DNA from: Fidelibacterota bacterium
GTDB lineage: Bacteria > Fidelibacterota > Marinisomatia > Marinisomatales > Marinisomataceae
DNA length: 64,000 bases
Direction: 5' to 3'
NCBI GenBank assembly: GCA_016777965.1
Contig: JADHQL010000001.1
Coordinates: 89,189 to 153,188, forward strand
Each line of letters opens with the position of its first letter. Within the stretch, counting starts at the first letter, position 1. Positions 20,048-32,958 of the stretch are shown in pieces. The notes under the pieces were generated by a model. The model worked only from the letters and a program-made list of their open reading frames with translations. It had not been told where the DNA came from and searched no databases. Position numbers and translations under genes: made by a program.

Positions 20048-20664
20048 TTTTTAAACAAAAATACTGGTGAATTATTTGCACCAGGAATTGCTCCCTTAAT
20101 AAATAATAAATTATTTTTATTGTCTATATCTACTATTTCTAAATTTTTAACTGTTACATTATCTGAGCCCATTCTTCCAGCCATTCTCATGCCTTTAAAA
20201 ACTCTTGATGGCCATGATGCTTGTCCGATAGAACCGGGAGCTCTTTCAGTATGCTTATTACCGTGAGTCGCATCTTGTGTTGCAAAGTTATGTCTTTTAA
20301 TAGCACCTGCAAAACCTTTACCTTTTGATTTAGCTCTTACGTCAATTATTTCACCAACATTAAAAATTGAAACATCAAACTGTTGTCCAAGCTTGTATTC
20401 AAAATCTTCTATTGACTTAAACTCTGCTAAAACCTGTGCTGTTTCTAATCCAGCTTTAGACAAATGACCTGTTGTTGGTTTATTGGTGTTGTTTTTTGAT
20501 TTTTTACCATACGCTAACTGAACTGCGTTATAACCATCATCTTTTTTATCTTTTATTTGAGAAACAATACAAGGACCTGCTTCAACAAGCGTGACTGGTA
20601 CAACATGACCATTTTCATTAAAAATTTGGGTCATTTTAACTTTTTTACCAATTAAGCCGTACAT
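20044..20664 (-). CDS. rplC: 50S ribosomal protein L3
   Basis: 206-aa ORF beginning MYGLIGKKVKMTQIF, with SKGKGFAGAIKRHNF. Confidence 0.96.
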   Translation of the reverse strand: MYGLIGKKVKMTQIFNENGHVVPVTLVEAGPCIVSQIKDKKDDGYNAVQLAYGKKSKNNTNKPTTGHLSKAGLETAQVLAEFKSIEDFEYKLGQQFDVSIFNVGEIIDVRAKSKGKGFAGAIKRHNFATQDATHGNKHTERAPGSIGQASWPSRVFKGMRMAGRMGSDNVTVKNLEIVDIDNKNNLLFIKGAIPGANNSPVFLFKK

Positions 20665-20673
20665 TTTATCTAT

Positions 20674-20982
20674 TTATCCTCTAATCTCAATATCTACACC
20701 TGATGGAAGATCTAGTTTCATCAAAGACTCCACAGTCTTAGGTGTTGAATTAACAATATCTACTACTCTTTTATGAACTTTTGTTTGAAACTGTTCTCTA
20801 GATTTTTTATCAATAAATGGTGATCTCAAAACAGTATAAACAGTTCTTTTAGTTGGCAAAGGAATTGGTCCTGAAATAATAGCTCCAGTTGACTTTGCAG
20901 TTCTAATAATTTTTTCAGCTGACTTATCGAGCAACTTGTGATCGTAAGCTTTTAATGAAATTCTAATTAAATCTTTAGCCAT
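20674..20982 (-). CDS. rpsJ: 30S ribosomal protein S10
   Basis: 102-aa ORF with [14 protein letters not shown]...GPIPLPT. It lies only 6 nt downstream of fusA. Confidence 0.97.
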   Translation of the reverse strand: MAKDLIRISLKAYDHKLLDKSAEKIIRTAKSTGAIISGPIPLPTKRTVYTVLRSPFIDKKSREQFQTKVHKRVVDIVNSTPKTVESLMKLDLPSGVDIEIRG

Positions 20983-20988
20983 GATTGA

Positions 20989-23073
20989 TTAATCTCCGTC
21001 CTTTGCTTCTGTTTTCATCAATTTTTCTGTAATTGAAGCAGGTACTTTTGCGTATTCACTAAAGTCCATATGAAAATTTGCTCTACCTTGTGAAAGAGAT
21101 CTTAAATCCGTTGCATATCCAAACATTTCACTTAGAGGAACTGCAGCTTTAATTTGCTGATTAGAACCTTGCTGTTCCATCGACTCAACTTTACCTCTTC
21201 GAGAGTTAATATCACCAATAACATCGCCTAAATAATCATCCGGTGTAGTTGCTTCAACAGCCATAATCGGTTCCATCAATACAGGATTTGCAGACTTGCA
21301 AGCCTTAGCTATTGCTCTTGATCCAGCAACTTTAAATGCAATTTCAGAAGAATCAACATCATGATATGAACCAAAAACTAATTCAACTTCAACATCAGGG
21401 ATTGGATAACCATATAAAACACCATTTTTTAGCTGTTCTTGAATACCTGCGTCAACTGCTGGAATATATTCTCTAGGGATTACACCACCAACGATACTAT
21501 TTACAAATTTGTATCCTTCACCTTGTGCAGTTGGCTTTACATTAATTACTACATGACCATATTGTCCTCTACCACCAGATTGTCGAACAAATTTTTCTTC
21601 AATTTTCTCAACTGGTTTTTGAATAGCTTCTCTGAATGATACTTGTGGCTTACCAACGTTGGCATTTACATTAAATTCTCTTTTTAAACGATCAATAATA
21701 ATTTCTAGGTGAACCTCACCCATCCCTGAAATAACAGTTTGACCAGTTTCATTGTCAACTTTCACTTTAAAGGTTGGGTCCTCTTCACTTAGTTTATTCA
21801 TTCCTTTCGCTAACTGATCTTGGTCGCCTTTAGAAACAGGTTCAATTGATACAGAAACAACTGGATCAGGGAATTCCATAGATTCTAAAGTAACATCGCC
21901 TTTTTCTGACAAGGTATGTCCAGTTCTCACATCTTTTAATCCAATAACAGCAACAATCTCACCTGCTTTAGCTTCATCTAACTCTTCTCTTTTGTTAGCG
22001 TGCATCTGGAGAATTCTTGAAACTCTTTGTTTTTCGCCAGTATTTGAATCAATACAGAAAGAACCTTTTTTCAAAGAACCAGAATATACTCTGATATAAG
22101 TTAATTTTCCTACAAATGGGTCAGTAGCAATTTTAAATGCGAGAGCGGTGAATGAACCATCGACAGAATTTATAATTTCTACACTATTATCAGGATTATC
22201 AACAGATGATCCTTGTATGCTTCCTATATCTACTGGAGAAGGAAGAAAATCAATAACCGCATCTAATACTCTTTGTACACCCTTGTTTTTAAATGCTGAT
22301 CCACATAAAGTTGGAACAAAAGCACTCTCCAGACATCCTTTTTTCAAAGCGCCTTTAATCTCATCAGGAGATATTTCTTTACCCTCTAAATATTTTTCCA
22401 TTAACGCATCATCAAAACTTGCAACTTCTTCAACTAAAAAATTTCTCCATTTATCAGCATCTGCTTTTAATTCATCTGGAATATCAATGTATTCAAATTC
22501 AGCGCCCTGAGAGCTTTCATTATACTGAATAGCTTTCATATTAGTTAAATCTATAATTCCTCTAAAATCTTCACCTGCTCCAATAGGAAGTGCAATTGGT
22601 AATGGCTTAGCACCAAGTCTTTTTTTCATGGTATCAATAGCATTATAAAAATCTGCACCAACTCTATCCATTTTATTAATAAATGCTATTCTAGGAACAT
22701 TGTATTTTGTTGCCTGACGCCAAACAGTTTCACTTTGTGGCTCTACACCAGCAACTGCACAAAATACCGCTACAGCTCCATCCAGCACTCTAAGGGACCT
22801 TTCAACTTCCATTGTAAAATCAACGTGACCAGGTGTATCAATTAAGTTGACTCTATTTTTATTCCAATAAAAAGTTGTAGCAGCGGATGTAATAGTGATA
22901 CCTCTTTCTTGCTCCTGCTCCATCCAATCCATTGTAGCTGCCCCGTCGTGAACCTCGCCAATTTTATGAGTTTTACCTGCATAATAAAGCATTCTTTCTG
23001 TTAAAGTGGTTTTTCCAGCATCAACATGAGCCATAATTCCTATGTTTCTAACAATTTTTAAATCGATTGACAT
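20989..23073 (-). CDS. fusA: Elongation factor G
   Basis: 694-aa ORF with GTPase motifs [17 protein letters not shown] and NKMD. Confidence 0.97.
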   Translation of the reverse strand: MSIDLKIVRNIGIMAHVDAGKTTLTERMLYYAGKTHKIGEVHDGAATMDWMEQEQERGITITSAATTFYWNKNRVNLIDTPGHVDFTMEVERSLRVLDGAVAVFCAVAGVEPQSETVWRQATKYNVPRIAFINKMDRVGADFYNAIDTMKKRLGAKPLPIALPIGAGEDFRGIIDLTNMKAIQYNESSQGAEFEYIDIPDELKADADKWRNFLVEEVASFDDALMEKYLEGKEISPDEIKGALKKGCLESAFVPTLCGSAFKNKGVQRVLDAVIDFLPSPVDIGSIQGSSVDNPDNSVEIINSVDGSFTALAFKIATDPFVGKLTYIRVYSGSLKKGSFCIDSNTGEKQRVSRILQMHANKREELDEAKAGEIVAVIGLKDVRTGHTLSEKGDVTLESMEFPDPVVSVSIEPVSKGDQDQLAKGMNKLSEEDPTFKVKVDNETGQTVISGMGEVHLEIIIDRLKREFNVNANVGKPQVSFREAIQKPVEKIEEKFVRQSGGRGQYGHVVINVKPTAQGEGYKFVNSIVGGVIPREYIPAVDAGIQEQLKNGVLYGYPIPDVEVELVFGSYHDVDSSEIAFKVAGSRAIAKACKSANPVLMEPIMAVEATTPDDYLGDVIGDINSRRGKVESMEQQGSNQQIKAAVPLSEMFGYATDLRSLSQGRANFHMDFSEYAKVPASITEKLMKTEAKDGD

Positions 23074-23546
23074 TATCTACCTCTCCCGAAATGAGCAAAT
23101 GCTTTATTTGCCTCAGCCATACGATGCGTATCATCTTTTTTCTTTATAGCAGAACCTTCATTATTAGATGCAGATAAAATTTCTCCAGCAAGTCTATTAG
23201 ACATTGAACTACCAGATCTTTTTTTAGCACTTTCAATAATCCATTGTGAAGCAAGATAAAACTGTCTTCTGGAAGGAACTTCAATTGGTACTTGATATGT
23301 AGCACCACCAATTCTTTTTGATTTTACCTCAACATGTGGAGATGCATTATTAAGAGCCTTCTTAAAAATATCAATAGGATTCTTTTTACTTTTATCTTGG
23401 ACTATATCAAAGGCATCATATAATATTTTTTCTGCAATACCTTTCTTACCATCTGTAAGAAGATAATTCATAAACTTAGAAATTTGTAAGTCATTAAACT
23501 TAGGATCTGGATTAATTGTTCTTCTTTCTGGTCTTCTTCTTCTCAT
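23073..23546 (-). CDS. rpsG: 30S ribosomal protein S7
   Basis: 157-aa ORF with [19 protein letters not shown]. Confidence 0.97.
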   Translation of the reverse strand: MRRRRPERRTINPDPKFNDLQISKFMNYLLTDGKKGIAEKILYDAFDIVQDKSKKNPIDIFKKALNNASPHVEVKSKRIGGATYQVPIEVPSRRQFYLASQWIIESAKKRSGSSMSNRLAGEILSASNNEGSAIKKKDDTHRMAEANKAFAHFGRGR

Positions 23547-23548
23547 TA

Positions 23549-23923
23549 TTAACTCTTAGGTTTCTTAGCTCCGTAACGAGATCTACTTGTTTTTCTATCA
23601 TTTACACCTGCAGTATCCAATGAACCACGAACAATATGAAATCTAACACCTGGAAGGTCTTTTACTCTACCGCCTTCAATTAATACAATTGAGTGCTCTT
23701 GGAGGTTGTGTCCTTCGCCAGGGATATATGCATTGACTTCAATACCATTAGTCAATCTAACTCTTGCTACTTTTCTAAGCGCAGAATTAGGCTTCTTAGG
23801 AGTAGTAGTATAAACACGTGTACATACACCTCTCTTTTGAGGGCTTTTCTCAAGTGCCCTACTAGCCGATGTATTGGCTATTTTTTTTCTACTCTTTCTT
23901 ATTAACTGATTTACAGTTGGCAT
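23549..23923 (-). CDS. rpsL: 30S ribosomal protein S12
   Basis: 124-aa ORF beginning [10 protein letters not shown], with [26 protein letters not shown] lies upstream of the ATG. Confidence 0.97.
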   Translation of the reverse strand: MPTVNQLIRKSRKKIANTSASRALEKSPQKRGVCTRVYTTTPKKPNSALRKVARVRLTNGIEVNAYIPGEGHNLQEHSIVLIEGGRVKDLPGVRFHIVRGSLDTAGVNDRKTSRSRYGAKKPKS

Positions 23924-23957
23924 ATATATTTCCTTTTAAATATTAAAAGTCCGGGCG

Positions 23958-23986
23958 AATATATTGTTATAACACGGAAGAATCAA
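23958..23986 (-). promoter_or_regulatory. Candidate sigma70-type promoter of the str/S10/spc/alpha transcription unit
   Basis: On the minus strand: TTGATT (23986-23981), 17-nt spacer, TATATT (23963-23958). It sits about 35 nt upstream of the rpsL ATG, in the only sizeable gap (129 nt) inside the ribosomal supercluster. Confidence 0.45.
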
Positions 23987-24052
23987 ACTTTTTCTTCTAC
24001 GCGTAGGATTATTCGAATTGGACTAAAAAATCATAATCTTAATAATCTAACT

Positions 24053-27000
24053 TTACTCTTCAACAATATCAGATTCTTCATCCTTAGTAAGCCTAACTTT
24101 ATCAAGCTCAGGAAAACCTGTTCCAGCAGGAATTAACCTTCCTAATGCAACATTTTCTTTTAAACCTAATAGATAATCTGTTTTAGATGCTGTAGCAGCA
24201 TCCGTCAAGACTCTTGTTGTTTCTTGGAATGAAGCAGCTGATATAAAACTATTTGTATTTAACGATGATTGAGTAATTCCCATTAAAATTGGTTCAAAGG
24301 TAGCTTGCTTAGCTTTATGGAACTTTATAACGTTATTATCTTGAGACTTCAAATCTTTATTAATCTCTTTAACTTCGTTTTGTGAAATCATAGTTCCTAC
24401 ATCTAGGTTTGAATCTCCAGATTCATCAATAACTACCATACCTTTCATATTATCATTATCTGCAAATAAATCCTGCTTATCTAATCTTTCTCCAGGGAGA
24501 TATTTGCTATCACCAGGATCGTTAATTACGACTTTCTTCATCATCTGATTAACAATTACTTCAATATGTTTATCATTAATTCCAACCCCTTGAAGTCTAT
24601 AAACTTCTTGAATTTCATCTACCAAATATTCTCTAACAGCATTTGGACCAAGAATAGTTAAAATATCAGATGGAGAAATGGCTCCTTCACATAAAGGCGT
24701 ACCAGCTGTGATAAAATCTCCTTCATGGACAACAACGTATTTACCATAAGGAATTTTGTATGTAATTGACTTACCATTAGCAGGTACTACTGAAACCTTT
24801 CTAACGCCTTTTTTAATTTTTCCAAATTCAACAGTACCATTTATCTCCGTTACAACTGCTGGATTTGCAGGCTTTCTAGCTTCAAATAATTCTGCAACTC
24901 TTGGAAGACCTCCAGTAATATCTCTAGATTTTCCTACTTCTTTTTGAATTTTAACTAATGTTTGTCCTCTAGTGACATCTTGGCCATCGTTTACAACCAA
25001 AGTAGCTTTAACTGGTAGAATAGTTCCACCAGATAAAATATCACCTTTTTTGCTGTAGATTTCAATTTGCGGACTTAAACTTCTATCTTTAGATTCAGTA
25101 ACAACTTTCTGTTTTTTACCACCGTCAACTGCTTCTTCTTGATAAGTGTCACCTTCAATGAAATCTTTCATTTTAATAACTCCAGACTGTCTCGCAAGAA
25201 TTAAGTCTGTATAAGGATCCCATGAAAAAAGAGTCATGTCCTTTTTAACTTTGTCGCCTTCATTAACATTTACATTTGCTCCATAAGGAATATTTAATTC
25301 ATCTAAAACATTATCATTTGAGTCAACAATTGACAATTTTGAATTTCTCGATAAACATCTAACAACATTGAATCCATCTTCATCTAAAGTTTCAGCTGGT
25401 TCATAGTCGCTAGTAAACTTAGCTGTACCATCAAATCGTGACTTCTTATCTGATTCCTCAGCAATACGAGTAGCTGTACCACCAATATGGAAAGTTCTAA
25501 GAGTTAGCTGTGTACCTGGCTCACCAATACTTTGGGCAGCAATAATACCAACAGCTGTACCTTTTGTAACAAGCTTTCTTCTGGTTAAATCCCAACCGTA
25601 ACATTTGGCACAAACACCTCTTCTAGATTCGCATGAAAGAATTGATCTTATTTTTACACTATTAAAATTATTTTCAACTATAACATCAGCCAATTTTTCA
25701 TCGAAAATATCTCCAGGATTAACAACAGTTTCACCATCAATAACTATTTTTTCTGAAGAAGTTCTTCCCAAAATACGCTCTCCAAGTGATTCAACAATTT
25801 CTTCACCTTCTTTAAGGTCAGATACGGTGATTCCATTAATTGTTTTACAATCATCTTCATAAATAGTAACGTCTTGTGCAACATCGACCAGTCTTCTTGT
25901 TAAATAACCAGCATCTGCAGTCTTAAGAGCTGTATCAGCTAAACCTTTTCTGGCACCGTGAGTTGATATAAAATACTCCATCACAGAAAGACCCTCTTTA
26001 AAATTAGACTGAATTGGACTCTCAATAATTTCACCACCACCTATCATAGATTTTCTAGGCTTAGCCATTAACCCTCTCATACCTGCGAGCTGTTTAATTT
26101 GGTCTCCACTACCTCGAGCTCCTGAATCAGATGAAATATACAATGCATTAAAACCTTGATTATCTGATCTTAAACCATCCATCATCACATCTGCCACGTC
26201 ACTTGTAGCTTTTGTCCAAACATCAATGACTTTATTATATCTTTCACCCTCCGTCAAGACATGTCTATCAAAACGCTGTTGTATTTTATCTACTTCTTGC
26301 TCTGCTCTTTCAATTATATCATGCTTTGCATCAGGAATGATAACATCGCTTATTGAAATTGAAATTCCGCTCATAGTAGCAGTTTTGAAACCAATATCTT
26401 TAAGGTCATCAAGTAATTGGACTGTACGTTGATTTCCGGCTTTTACAAAAGATTCACCAATGATAAAACTAAGTTTTTTCTTAGAAACAATTTCATCATA
26501 ATATCCTAATTCATCTGGGATAATGGAATTGAATATTGCTCTTCCTGCAGTAGTATTTTTATGCCAAATGCCATTATGTCTAACGTTAATAATTGCATGC
26601 ATAGCAACTTTACCATTATAATGAGCAATTTTAACTTCGTCAATTGATCCAAATGACATTCCCTCACCAATCTGTCCTTTTTTGTCTCTAGTTAGATAGT
26701 AACAACCTAAAATCATGTCTTGCGAAGGTAATGTGATAGGTTTTCCACTAGCTGGATGTAAAACATTCTGACTTGCCATCATCAATACTCTTGCTTCTAA
26801 TTGTGCGGGTATTGACAATGGAACATGAACAGCCATTTGGTCTCCATCGAAGTCAGCATTGAAAGCTGAACATACAAGTGGATGGACTCGAATAGCTTTA
26901 CCATCAATAAGAATTGGTTGGAAAGCAATAATTCCCAATCTATGAAGCGTAGGAGCACGATTTAATAATACTGGATGATCCTTAACAACACTTTCAAGAA

Positions 27001-28234
27001 TTTCATAAACAAATGATTCTTTATTTTCAATCATTAGTTTTGCGCTTCTTGGTGTTGCAGCTAAATCTCTTCTTATTAATTCTCTTATTAAGTGAGGTTT
27101 AAATAATTCTAATGCCATATTCTTTGGAATACCGCATTCAGTCATTCTCAATTCTGGACCAACTACAATAACTGATCTTCCAGAATAATCAACTCTTTTA
27201 CCAAGAAGGTTTTGTCTAAATCTACCCTGCTTACCTCTAAGCATGTCAGAAATTGACTTCAATGGTCTTTTTGAACCGCTTCTAATTGCGGTTTTACGTT
27301 TTGTATTATCAAAAAGTGCATCAACAGACTCTTGCAACATTCTTTTTTCATTTCTTAAAATTACTTCAGGTGCCTGAATATCCAATAATTGCTTTAACCT
27401 ATTATTTCTAATAATAATTCTTCTGTATAAGTCATTAAGATCGCTTGCAGCAAATCGTCCACCCTCTAATGGAACTAAAGGTCTTAACTCAGGTGGCATT
27501 ACAGGCAAAATAGAAACGATCATCCATTCAGGCTTATTGTTTCTATCTTGAGCAAAATCTTTTACAACTTTAAGTCTTTTGAGAGCGTCTTCTCTTTTTT
27601 GCTTTGATTTTGTTGATGAACTTATTGTTTCTAGCTCCTGTTTAAGCTCTAATAAGTCCATTTCAGCAAGAGCATCTTTAATAGCTTCTCCGCCCATGGA
27701 AGCCTGGAAATATGATTCTTCTTCTCTTTCTTCCTGAGAAGCAGCATCATATCCAAATTCTTGATCTAATTCAAAGAAAGCTTGCTCGTCAATTAATTCA
27801 AATCTCTTGTAACCACTTTTACCAGGATTAATAACTAGGTAATTTTCATAATAGATTACACTTTCTAATTGTTTTGCACTTTTACCTAAAATATAACTTA
27901 GCTTACTTGGAATTGATTTTAAAAACCAGATATGTACTACCGGAACAGCTAAAGTAATATGTCCCATACGGTTTCTTCTTACTTTTTTAGTTGTTACTTC
28001 AACTCCACACCTATCACAAATAATACCTCTGTAACGAATACCTTTATATTTACCACAGTGACATTCAAAATCTTTAACTGGACCAAAGATTTTTTCACAA
28101 AATAAACCATCTTTTTCAGGCTTATAAGATCTGTAATTAATTGTCTCAGGTTTCAATACCTCACCAAAAGACCCTTCAAGAATCTTCTCAGGAGAAGCTA
28201 ATTTAATTGAAATACTATTTTTTGCTTTATACAT
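24053..28234 (-). CDS. rpoC: DNA-directed RNA polymerase subunit beta'
   Basis: 1393-aa ORF with the zinc motif [23 protein letters not shown] and the catalytic [12 protein letters not shown]. Confidence 0.98.
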   Translation of the reverse strand: MYKAKNSISIKLASPEKILEGSFGEVLKPETINYRSYKPEKDGLFCEKIFGPVKDFECHCGKYKGIRYRGIICDRCGVEVTTKKVRRNRMGHITLAVPVVHIWFLKSIPSKLSYILGKSAKQLESVIYYENYLVINPGKSGYKRFELIDEQAFFELDQEFGYDAASQEEREEESYFQASMGGEAIKDALAEMDLLELKQELETISSSTKSKQKREDALKRLKVVKDFAQDRNNKPEWMIVSILPVMPPELRPLVPLEGGRFAASDLNDLYRRIIIRNNRLKQLLDIQAPEVILRNEKRMLQESVDALFDNTKRKTAIRSGSKRPLKSISDMLRGKQGRFRQNLLGKRVDYSGRSVIVVGPELRMTECGIPKNMALELFKPHLIRELIRRDLAATPRSAKLMIENKESFVYEILESVVKDHPVLLNRAPTLHRLGIIAFQPILIDGKAIRVHPLVCSAFNADFDGDQMAVHVPLSIPAQLEARVLMMASQNVLHPASGKPITLPSQDMILGCYYLTRDKKGQIGEGMSFGSIDEVKIAHYNGKVAMHAIINVRHNGIWHKNTTAGRAIFNSIIPDELGYYDEIVSKKKLSFIIGESFVKAGNQRTVQLLDDLKDIGFKTATMSGISISISDVIIPDAKHDIIERAEQEVDKIQQRFDRHVLTEGERYNKVIDVWTKATSDVADVMMDGLRSDNQGFNALYISSDSGARGSGDQIKQLAGMRGLMAKPRKSMIGGGEIIESPIQSNFKEGLSVMEYFISTHGARKGLADTALKTADAGYLTRRLVDVAQDVTIYEDDCKTINGITVSDLKEGEEIVESLGERILGRTSSEKIVIDGETVVNPGDIFDEKLADVIVENNFNSVKIRSILSCESRRGVCAKCYGWDLTRRKLVTKGTAVGIIAAQSIGEPGTQLTLRTFHIGGTATRIAEESDKKSRFDGTAKFTSDYEPAETLDEDGFNVVRCLSRNSKLSIVDSNDNVLDELNIPYGANVNVNEGDKVKKDMTLFSWDPYTDLILARQSGVIKMKDFIEGDTYQEEAVDGGKKQKVVTESKDRSLSPQIEIYSKKGDILSGGTILPVKATLVVNDGQDVTRGQTLVKIQKEVGKSRDITGGLPRVAELFEARKPANPAVVTEINGTVEFGKIKKGVRKVSVVPANGKSITYKIPYGKYVVVHEGDFITAGTPLCEGAISPSDILTILGPNAVREYLVDEIQEVYRLQGVGINDKHIEVIVNQMMKKVVINDPGDSKYLPGERLDKQDLFADNDNMKGMVVIDESGDSNLDVGTMISQNEVKEINKDLKSQDNNVIKFHKAKQATFEPILMGITQSSLNTNSFISAASFQETTRVLTDAATASKTDYLLGLKENVALGRLIPAGTGFPELDKVRLTKDEESDIVEE

Positions 28235-28246
28235 CTATAATTTCCT

Positions 28247-31200
28247 TTAATCTAAAGTTATATCAAGGCCGAGACCTTGAATTTCCTTCATGAATACATT
28301 AAACGCCTCTGGGGTAGTAGGATCTGGTAAATCTTCACCTTTTACTAATGCGCTATACACCTTAGATCTACCTTCTATATCATCAGATTTAATAGTTAAA
28401 ATCTCTCTTAATATATGAGCAGCGCCATAAGCTTGTAACGCCCAAACCTCCATCTCACCAAATCTTTGTCCTCCGAATTGAGCTTTACCACCAAGAGGTT
28501 GCTGAGTAACAAGAGAATAAGGTCCAGTAGAGCGAGCATGCATTTTATCATCAACCATATGATATAATTTCATCATATACTGATATCCAACTAGTACTGG
28601 ATTGTCAATTTTTTCACCTGTTAAGCCGTCGTATAACGTAACCTTGCCTGAATCAGGTAAACCTGCCTCTTTCATTTTAGCAGCTACTTCTTCTGGAGTT
28701 GCTCCATTGAAGACTGGGGTTGCATATTTTTCTCCAAGAATTTTTCCTGCCCAGCCAAGCATGGTTTCATATAATTGTCCTAAGTTCATTCTTGAAGGAA
28801 CACCCATTGGATTTAAACAAATATCAACTGGTGTACCATCTTCTAAAAATGGCATGTTTTCTTCTGGAACTATCGTCGCAATAACACCTTTATTACCATG
28901 TCTACCAGCCATTTTATCACCAATAGAAATTTTTCTTTTGTTAGCAACATATACTTTCGCAAGCTTTAGAATTCCGGGTTGTAATTGATCACCCTCTTTT
29001 AGCTTGAAAATATCAGTTTCTAACTTATCTTCTAATTCATTTAAATGTTTATAAAACGAATCAAAAATCAATTTAATCTTATCCCAAGACTTAGGACCTG
29101 AAATCCAAGGCTCTTCCATTGAAAATTGTTCAAAATTAAAAGTGCTGATTTTTTTCAAGGTTAATTTTGTACCTTTTTTAACAAGCACTTTATCGTTTTT
29201 GTCTTTTATACCTAGAGTAGAATTGTCTTTAAGAATTCCACTTAACAATTTATCTCTAGATGCTCTTAATTCTCTTTCATTATTTCTTTTATCTATTTGA
29301 AGCTCTTTGATAGCTTTATTTACTTCAGCCCTAGATTGCTTAGATGTTTTTTCATATAAATCAGTTTTGATAACAACACCCTTTACACCAGGTTCGGCTT
29401 TTTTAGAAGCATCTTTTACATCTCCTGCTTTTTCACCAAAAATTGCACGTAAAAGTTTTTCTTCTGGGGAGGGATCAGTTTCTCCTTTTGGAGTTACTTT
29501 ACCAATCAGAATATCATCCTCGTTTACAATTGCACCTACACGAATTAGTCCATTTTCATCTAATTGAGCGGTTGCATCTTCGCTAACATTTGGAATTTCA
29601 GGTGTCAACTCTTCTTCGCCTCTCTTTGTATCTCTGACTTCAAGCTCAATTTCGTTGACGTGAATTGATGTAAATACATCTTCTCTTACAAGTCTTTCAC
29701 TAATAACAATGGCATCTTCAAAGTTGTAACCGTTCCAAGGCATAAAAGCTATCATAACATTTTTACCCAAAGCAAGTTCCCCGCCTTGTGTAGAAGCTCC
29801 ATCTGCGATAACATCATTTTTTTTCACGTTATCGCCAACTTTAACCAGTACTTTTTGATTGTAACAAGTATTCTGGTTTGATCTAGAATACTTGATAAGA
29901 TTAACTGTACATAAATCTTCATCAGCTTTTAAAAGAGGGCCATCTTTATAATTACTATCTTTAATTACTACTTTATTTGCGTCTACATGTACAACTTTTC
30001 CGCTAACAGGTGAAAGCGAAACAGCTTTTGAATCTCGAGCAACAACTTTTTCCATTCCAGTACCAACTATTGGAGAATCAGTTTTTAACAATGGAACAGA
30101 TTGACGTTGCATGTTTGAACCCATTAGAGCTCGATTAGCATCATCATGCTCGACAAAAGGAATTAATGCAGCAGCTACACTAAGAATCTGGTTTGGCACA
30201 ATATCTGAGTATTGAACATCTTCAGAATCTACAATTGGGAAATCGCCTTTCGAACGAACTCTAACTTTAGATTCTGAAATAAGATTATTTTCATCTGACT
30301 CTAAGCCAGCTTGAGCAATATTTGCTCTATCTTCATCATCTGCTGATAAAAATTCAATAGAATTTGTAATATTTTTGCTATCAATTTCTCTGTACGGAGC
30401 TTCAATGAAACCATGTCTATTAATTCTAGCCATTAATGCTAGAGATGAAATCAGACCAATATTTGGTCCTTCAGGAGTTTCAATTGGACACAACCTACCA
30501 TAATGGGTATAATGAACATCTCTTACCTCAAAACCAGCTCTTTCTCTGGAGAGTCCACCAGGACCTAAAGAAGAAATTCTTCTTTTGTGAGTTATTTCTG
30601 CTAATGGATTAGTTTGATCTCCAAATTGAGATAATTGACTTGTACCAAAGAAAGTATTAATAACTGTAGTTACTAACCTTGAATTAATCAAATCTTGAGG
30701 AGTTATTGTTTCTGATTCTCGAAGATTCATTCTTTCATATACAGTTCTCACCATTCGAGATAAAGCGGAGTTAAACTGAACTTTTAACTGCTCACCAACA
30801 GTTCTAACTCTTCTATTTCCTAAATGATCAATGTCATCTGGGGCTCTTAATCCTTTTCTCATTTGAATTAGATACTTTAAAGTAATTAAAAAATCGTCAT
30901 GAGTAAGAACTGAATCATTTCCAGAGTTATTTAAATTAAATTGTTTATCTAGTCTATATCTACCTACCTGACCTAAATCATATTTCTTTGGAAAGAAAAA
31001 CATTCTATTAATGAATTTTTCAGCTGATTCAGTACTAGGAGCCTCACTTCCTCTTAAAAGTAGATAAACTCTCATTAATGCTTCTTCAGTTGATTTTGTT
31101 GGATCTTTTTGAATAGTGTTATGAATCATCATACTATCAATGTTGTTTCTAATATCAACAACTTTGATAGACTTTGTTTTATTTTTCTTTAATGTGCTAA

Positions 31201-32002
31201 TTATTGATTCATTTAATTCTTTTCCACTTTCAACAAAAAGCTCTCCTGTTTTATGATCAATAATATCTTCAATAACAACATAATGACTCAATTTTTCCAT
31301 ATCAATTTTTGATGGATCAAGGTCAAGAATTAATTCAAAAGCTTTGTAAATATCTTCATCAGAACTAAATCCTAAAGATCTTAAAAGCATTGTAGCAGGG
31401 AATTTTCTTTTTCTATCAATTATAGTAAAAAGAATATCATTAATATCAGTTGTAAAATCTATCCATGAACCTCTAATCGGAATAATGCGAGCATTATAAA
31501 GTTTTGCACCATTTGGATGAAATGTTTGATCAAAAAATGCACCTGGAGATCTTTGAAGTTGAGTAACAACGGTTCTTTCAGCTCCATTAATAATAAAAGT
31601 ACCTTTATCTGTCATGTAAGGTATATTACCAAAATAAACGTCTTGATCAATTACTTGAGCGAACTTCTTTTTATCTTTTTCATCAGTAATTTTGAGACGT
31701 AGCTGAACGTTTAAAGGCACACTGTAAGTAATTCCCCTATCAGAGCACTCTCTAGGAGTGTATCTTGCTTTACCTATTGTATAACTTTTATATTCAAGAA
31801 TATAGTTTTCATGATTATCATTTAAAGGAAAAATTGAATCAAACGCTTCATGCAATCCAAACAATTCTCTTTCTTTAGGATTGATATTTTCCTGTAAAAA
31901 GTCATGAAATGAACCGACTTGCAAATCTAAAAGATTTGGTAGTTCATGGGTAGTTGTTATTTTCTCAAAATTATGTCTATTGTTTAACTTATCTACTCTC
32001 AA
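28247..32002 (-). CDS. rpoB: DNA-directed RNA polymerase subunit beta
   Basis: 1251-aa ORF with GDKMAGRHGNKGV and FGEMEVWALQAYGAAH. It starts at TTG (32002-32000), preceded by GGAGGT. Confidence 0.98.
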   Translation of the reverse strand: MRVDKLNNRHNFEKITTTHELPNLLDLQVGSFHDFLQENINPKERELFGLHEAFDSIFPLNDNHENYILEYKSYTIGKARYTPRECSDRGITYSVPLNVQLRLKITDEKDKKKFAQVIDQDVYFGNIPYMTDKGTFIINGAERTVVTQLQRSPGAFFDQTFHPNGAKLYNARIIPIRGSWIDFTTDINDILFTIIDRKRKFPATMLLRSLGFSSDEDIYKAFELILDLDPSKIDMEKLSHYVVIEDIIDHKTGELFVESGKELNESIISTLKKNKTKSIKVVDIRNNIDSMMIHNTIQKDPTKSTEEALMRVYLLLRGSEAPSTESAEKFINRMFFFPKKYDLGQVGRYRLDKQFNLNNSGNDSVLTHDDFLITLKYLIQMRKGLRAPDDIDHLGNRRVRTVGEQLKVQFNSALSRMVRTVYERMNLRESETITPQDLINSRLVTTVINTFFGTSQLSQFGDQTNPLAEITHKRRISSLGPGGLSRERAGFEVRDVHYTHYGRLCPIETPEGPNIGLISSLALMARINRHGFIEAPYREIDSKNITNSIEFLSADDEDRANIAQAGLESDENNLISESKVRVRSKGDFPIVDSEDVQYSDIVPNQILSVAAALIPFVEHDDANRALMGSNMQRQSVPLLKTDSPIVGTGMEKVVARDSKAVSLSPVSGKVVHVDANKVVIKDSNYKDGPLLKADEDLCTVNLIKYSRSNQNTCYNQKVLVKVGDNVKKNDVIADGASTQGGELALGKNVMIAFMPWNGYNFEDAIVISERLVREDVFTSIHVNEIELEVRDTKRGEEELTPEIPNVSEDATAQLDENGLIRVGAIVNEDDILIGKVTPKGETDPSPEEKLLRAIFGEKAGDVKDASKKAEPGVKGVVIKTDLYEKTSKQSRAEVNKAIKELQIDKRNNERELRASRDKLLSGILKDNSTLGIKDKNDKVLVKKGTKLTLKKISTFNFEQFSMEEPWISGPKSWDKIKLIFDSFYKHLNELEDKLETDIFKLKEGDQLQPGILKLAKVYVANKRKISIGDKMAGRHGNKGVIATIVPEENMPFLEDGTPVDICLNPMGVPSRMNLGQLYETMLGWAGKILGEKYATPVFNGATPEEVAAKMKEAGLPDSGKVTLYDGLTGEKIDNPVLVGYQYMMKLYHMVDDKMHARSTGPYSLVTQQPLGGKAQFGGQRFGEMEVWALQAYGAAHILREILTIKSDDIEGRSKVYSALVKGEDLPDPTTPEAFNVFMKEIQGLGLDITLD

Positions 32003-32054
32003 GATAGATTACCTCCAAAAAATTGGTTAATTAATATATACTTTTTTAGTACTA

Positions 32055-32435
32055 TTACTTTAATTCTACTGTAGCTCCAGCCTCTTCAAGTTGAGACTTA
32101 ATAGTTTCAGCCTCATCTTTTGCGACGCCTTCTTTTACAGCCTTAGGAGCAGAATCAACCAATTCTTTAGCTTCTTTTAATCCAAGACCAGAAAGTTCTC
32201 TAACAACTTTAATTACTGAGATTTTTGATTGTCCAGCAGCTGTTAGAACAACATCAAAACTACTTTTTTCTCCACCTTCAGTAGCTCCTTCAGCAGCTCC
32301 TCCAGCAGCAACAGCTGCAACAGGTACAGCGGCAGTAACACCAAATTTATCTTCAATATCTTTTACAAGCTCAGATATTTCAATCATATTTGCTTCTTCA
32401 AGATATTTTAATACATCTTCTCTTTTAACGCTCAT
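32055..32435 (-). CDS. rplL: 50S ribosomal protein L7/L12
   Basis: 126-aa ORF with an Ala/Gly hinge ([17 protein letters not shown]) and the C-terminal domain [19 protein letters not shown]. Confidence 0.97.
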   Translation of the reverse strand: MSVKREDVLKYLEEANMIEISELVKDIEDKFGVTAAVPVAAVAAGGAAEGATEGGEKSSFDVVLTAAGQSKISVIKVVRELSGLGLKEAKELVDSAPKAVKEGVAKDEAETIKSQLEEAGATVELK

Positions 32436-32440
32436 TTTAA

Positions 32441-32956
32441 CTACCCTTTCTTTGAGTTTAATTGTTCAAGTGCTCCTAATAAGCCAGATACAGGACTACC
32501 TAATGTGCTGCTAAGCTTAGACATTGGAGAATTTAACATTCCAACAAGTTTGGACAATAACTGTTCTTTCGAAGGAAGATTTGCAATTTTTTCAAACTCT
32601 TCTCCTTGAAACACCTGTCCATCTAATATCATACCTTTTACAGCAGGCTTATCAAAATCTTTTAAAAAATTCTTTATTACTCTTGCAGGATCTGTTGGAT
32701 CATTATAGCTTAAAGCTATAGCGGTTGGACCATTCAAAAATTCATCTAATCCCTCCATGCCAACATCTTTAGCAGCAAGTTTTATTAACGTATTCTTTGC
32801 AATAGTAAATTCTATATCATTTGATACAAATTCTTTTCTGAGTTTGGTAATGCTCACTACGTCTAATCCAATATAATCAGTAAAATAGACAGCATTAGCT
32901 TTATCTAATTTTTCTGTTAAATTTCTAACGGCTTCTAAATTTTTATTACTTGGCAT
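32441..32956 (-). CDS. rplJ: 50S ribosomal protein L10
   Basis: 171-aa ORF between rplA and rplL, with [12 protein letters not shown] and LRKEF patterns. Confidence 0.94.
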   Translation of the reverse strand: MPSNKNLEAVRNLTEKLDKANAVYFTDYIGLDVVSITKLRKEFVSNDIEFTIAKNTLIKLAAKDVGMEGLDEFLNGPTAIALSYNDPTDPARVIKNFLKDFDKPAVKGMILDGQVFQGEEFEKIANLPSKEQLLSKLVGMLNSPMSKLSSTLGSPVSGLLGALEQLNSKKG

Positions 32957-32958
32957 AA

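Noticed and set aside
32003-32054. Possible rplL-rpoB attenuator hairpin in the 52-nt spacer.
   Set aside because: Only a 4-bp TACT/AGTA stem is available. The spacer is otherwise occupied by a strong GGAGGT RBS for the TTG start of rpoB, so there is no convincing terminator.
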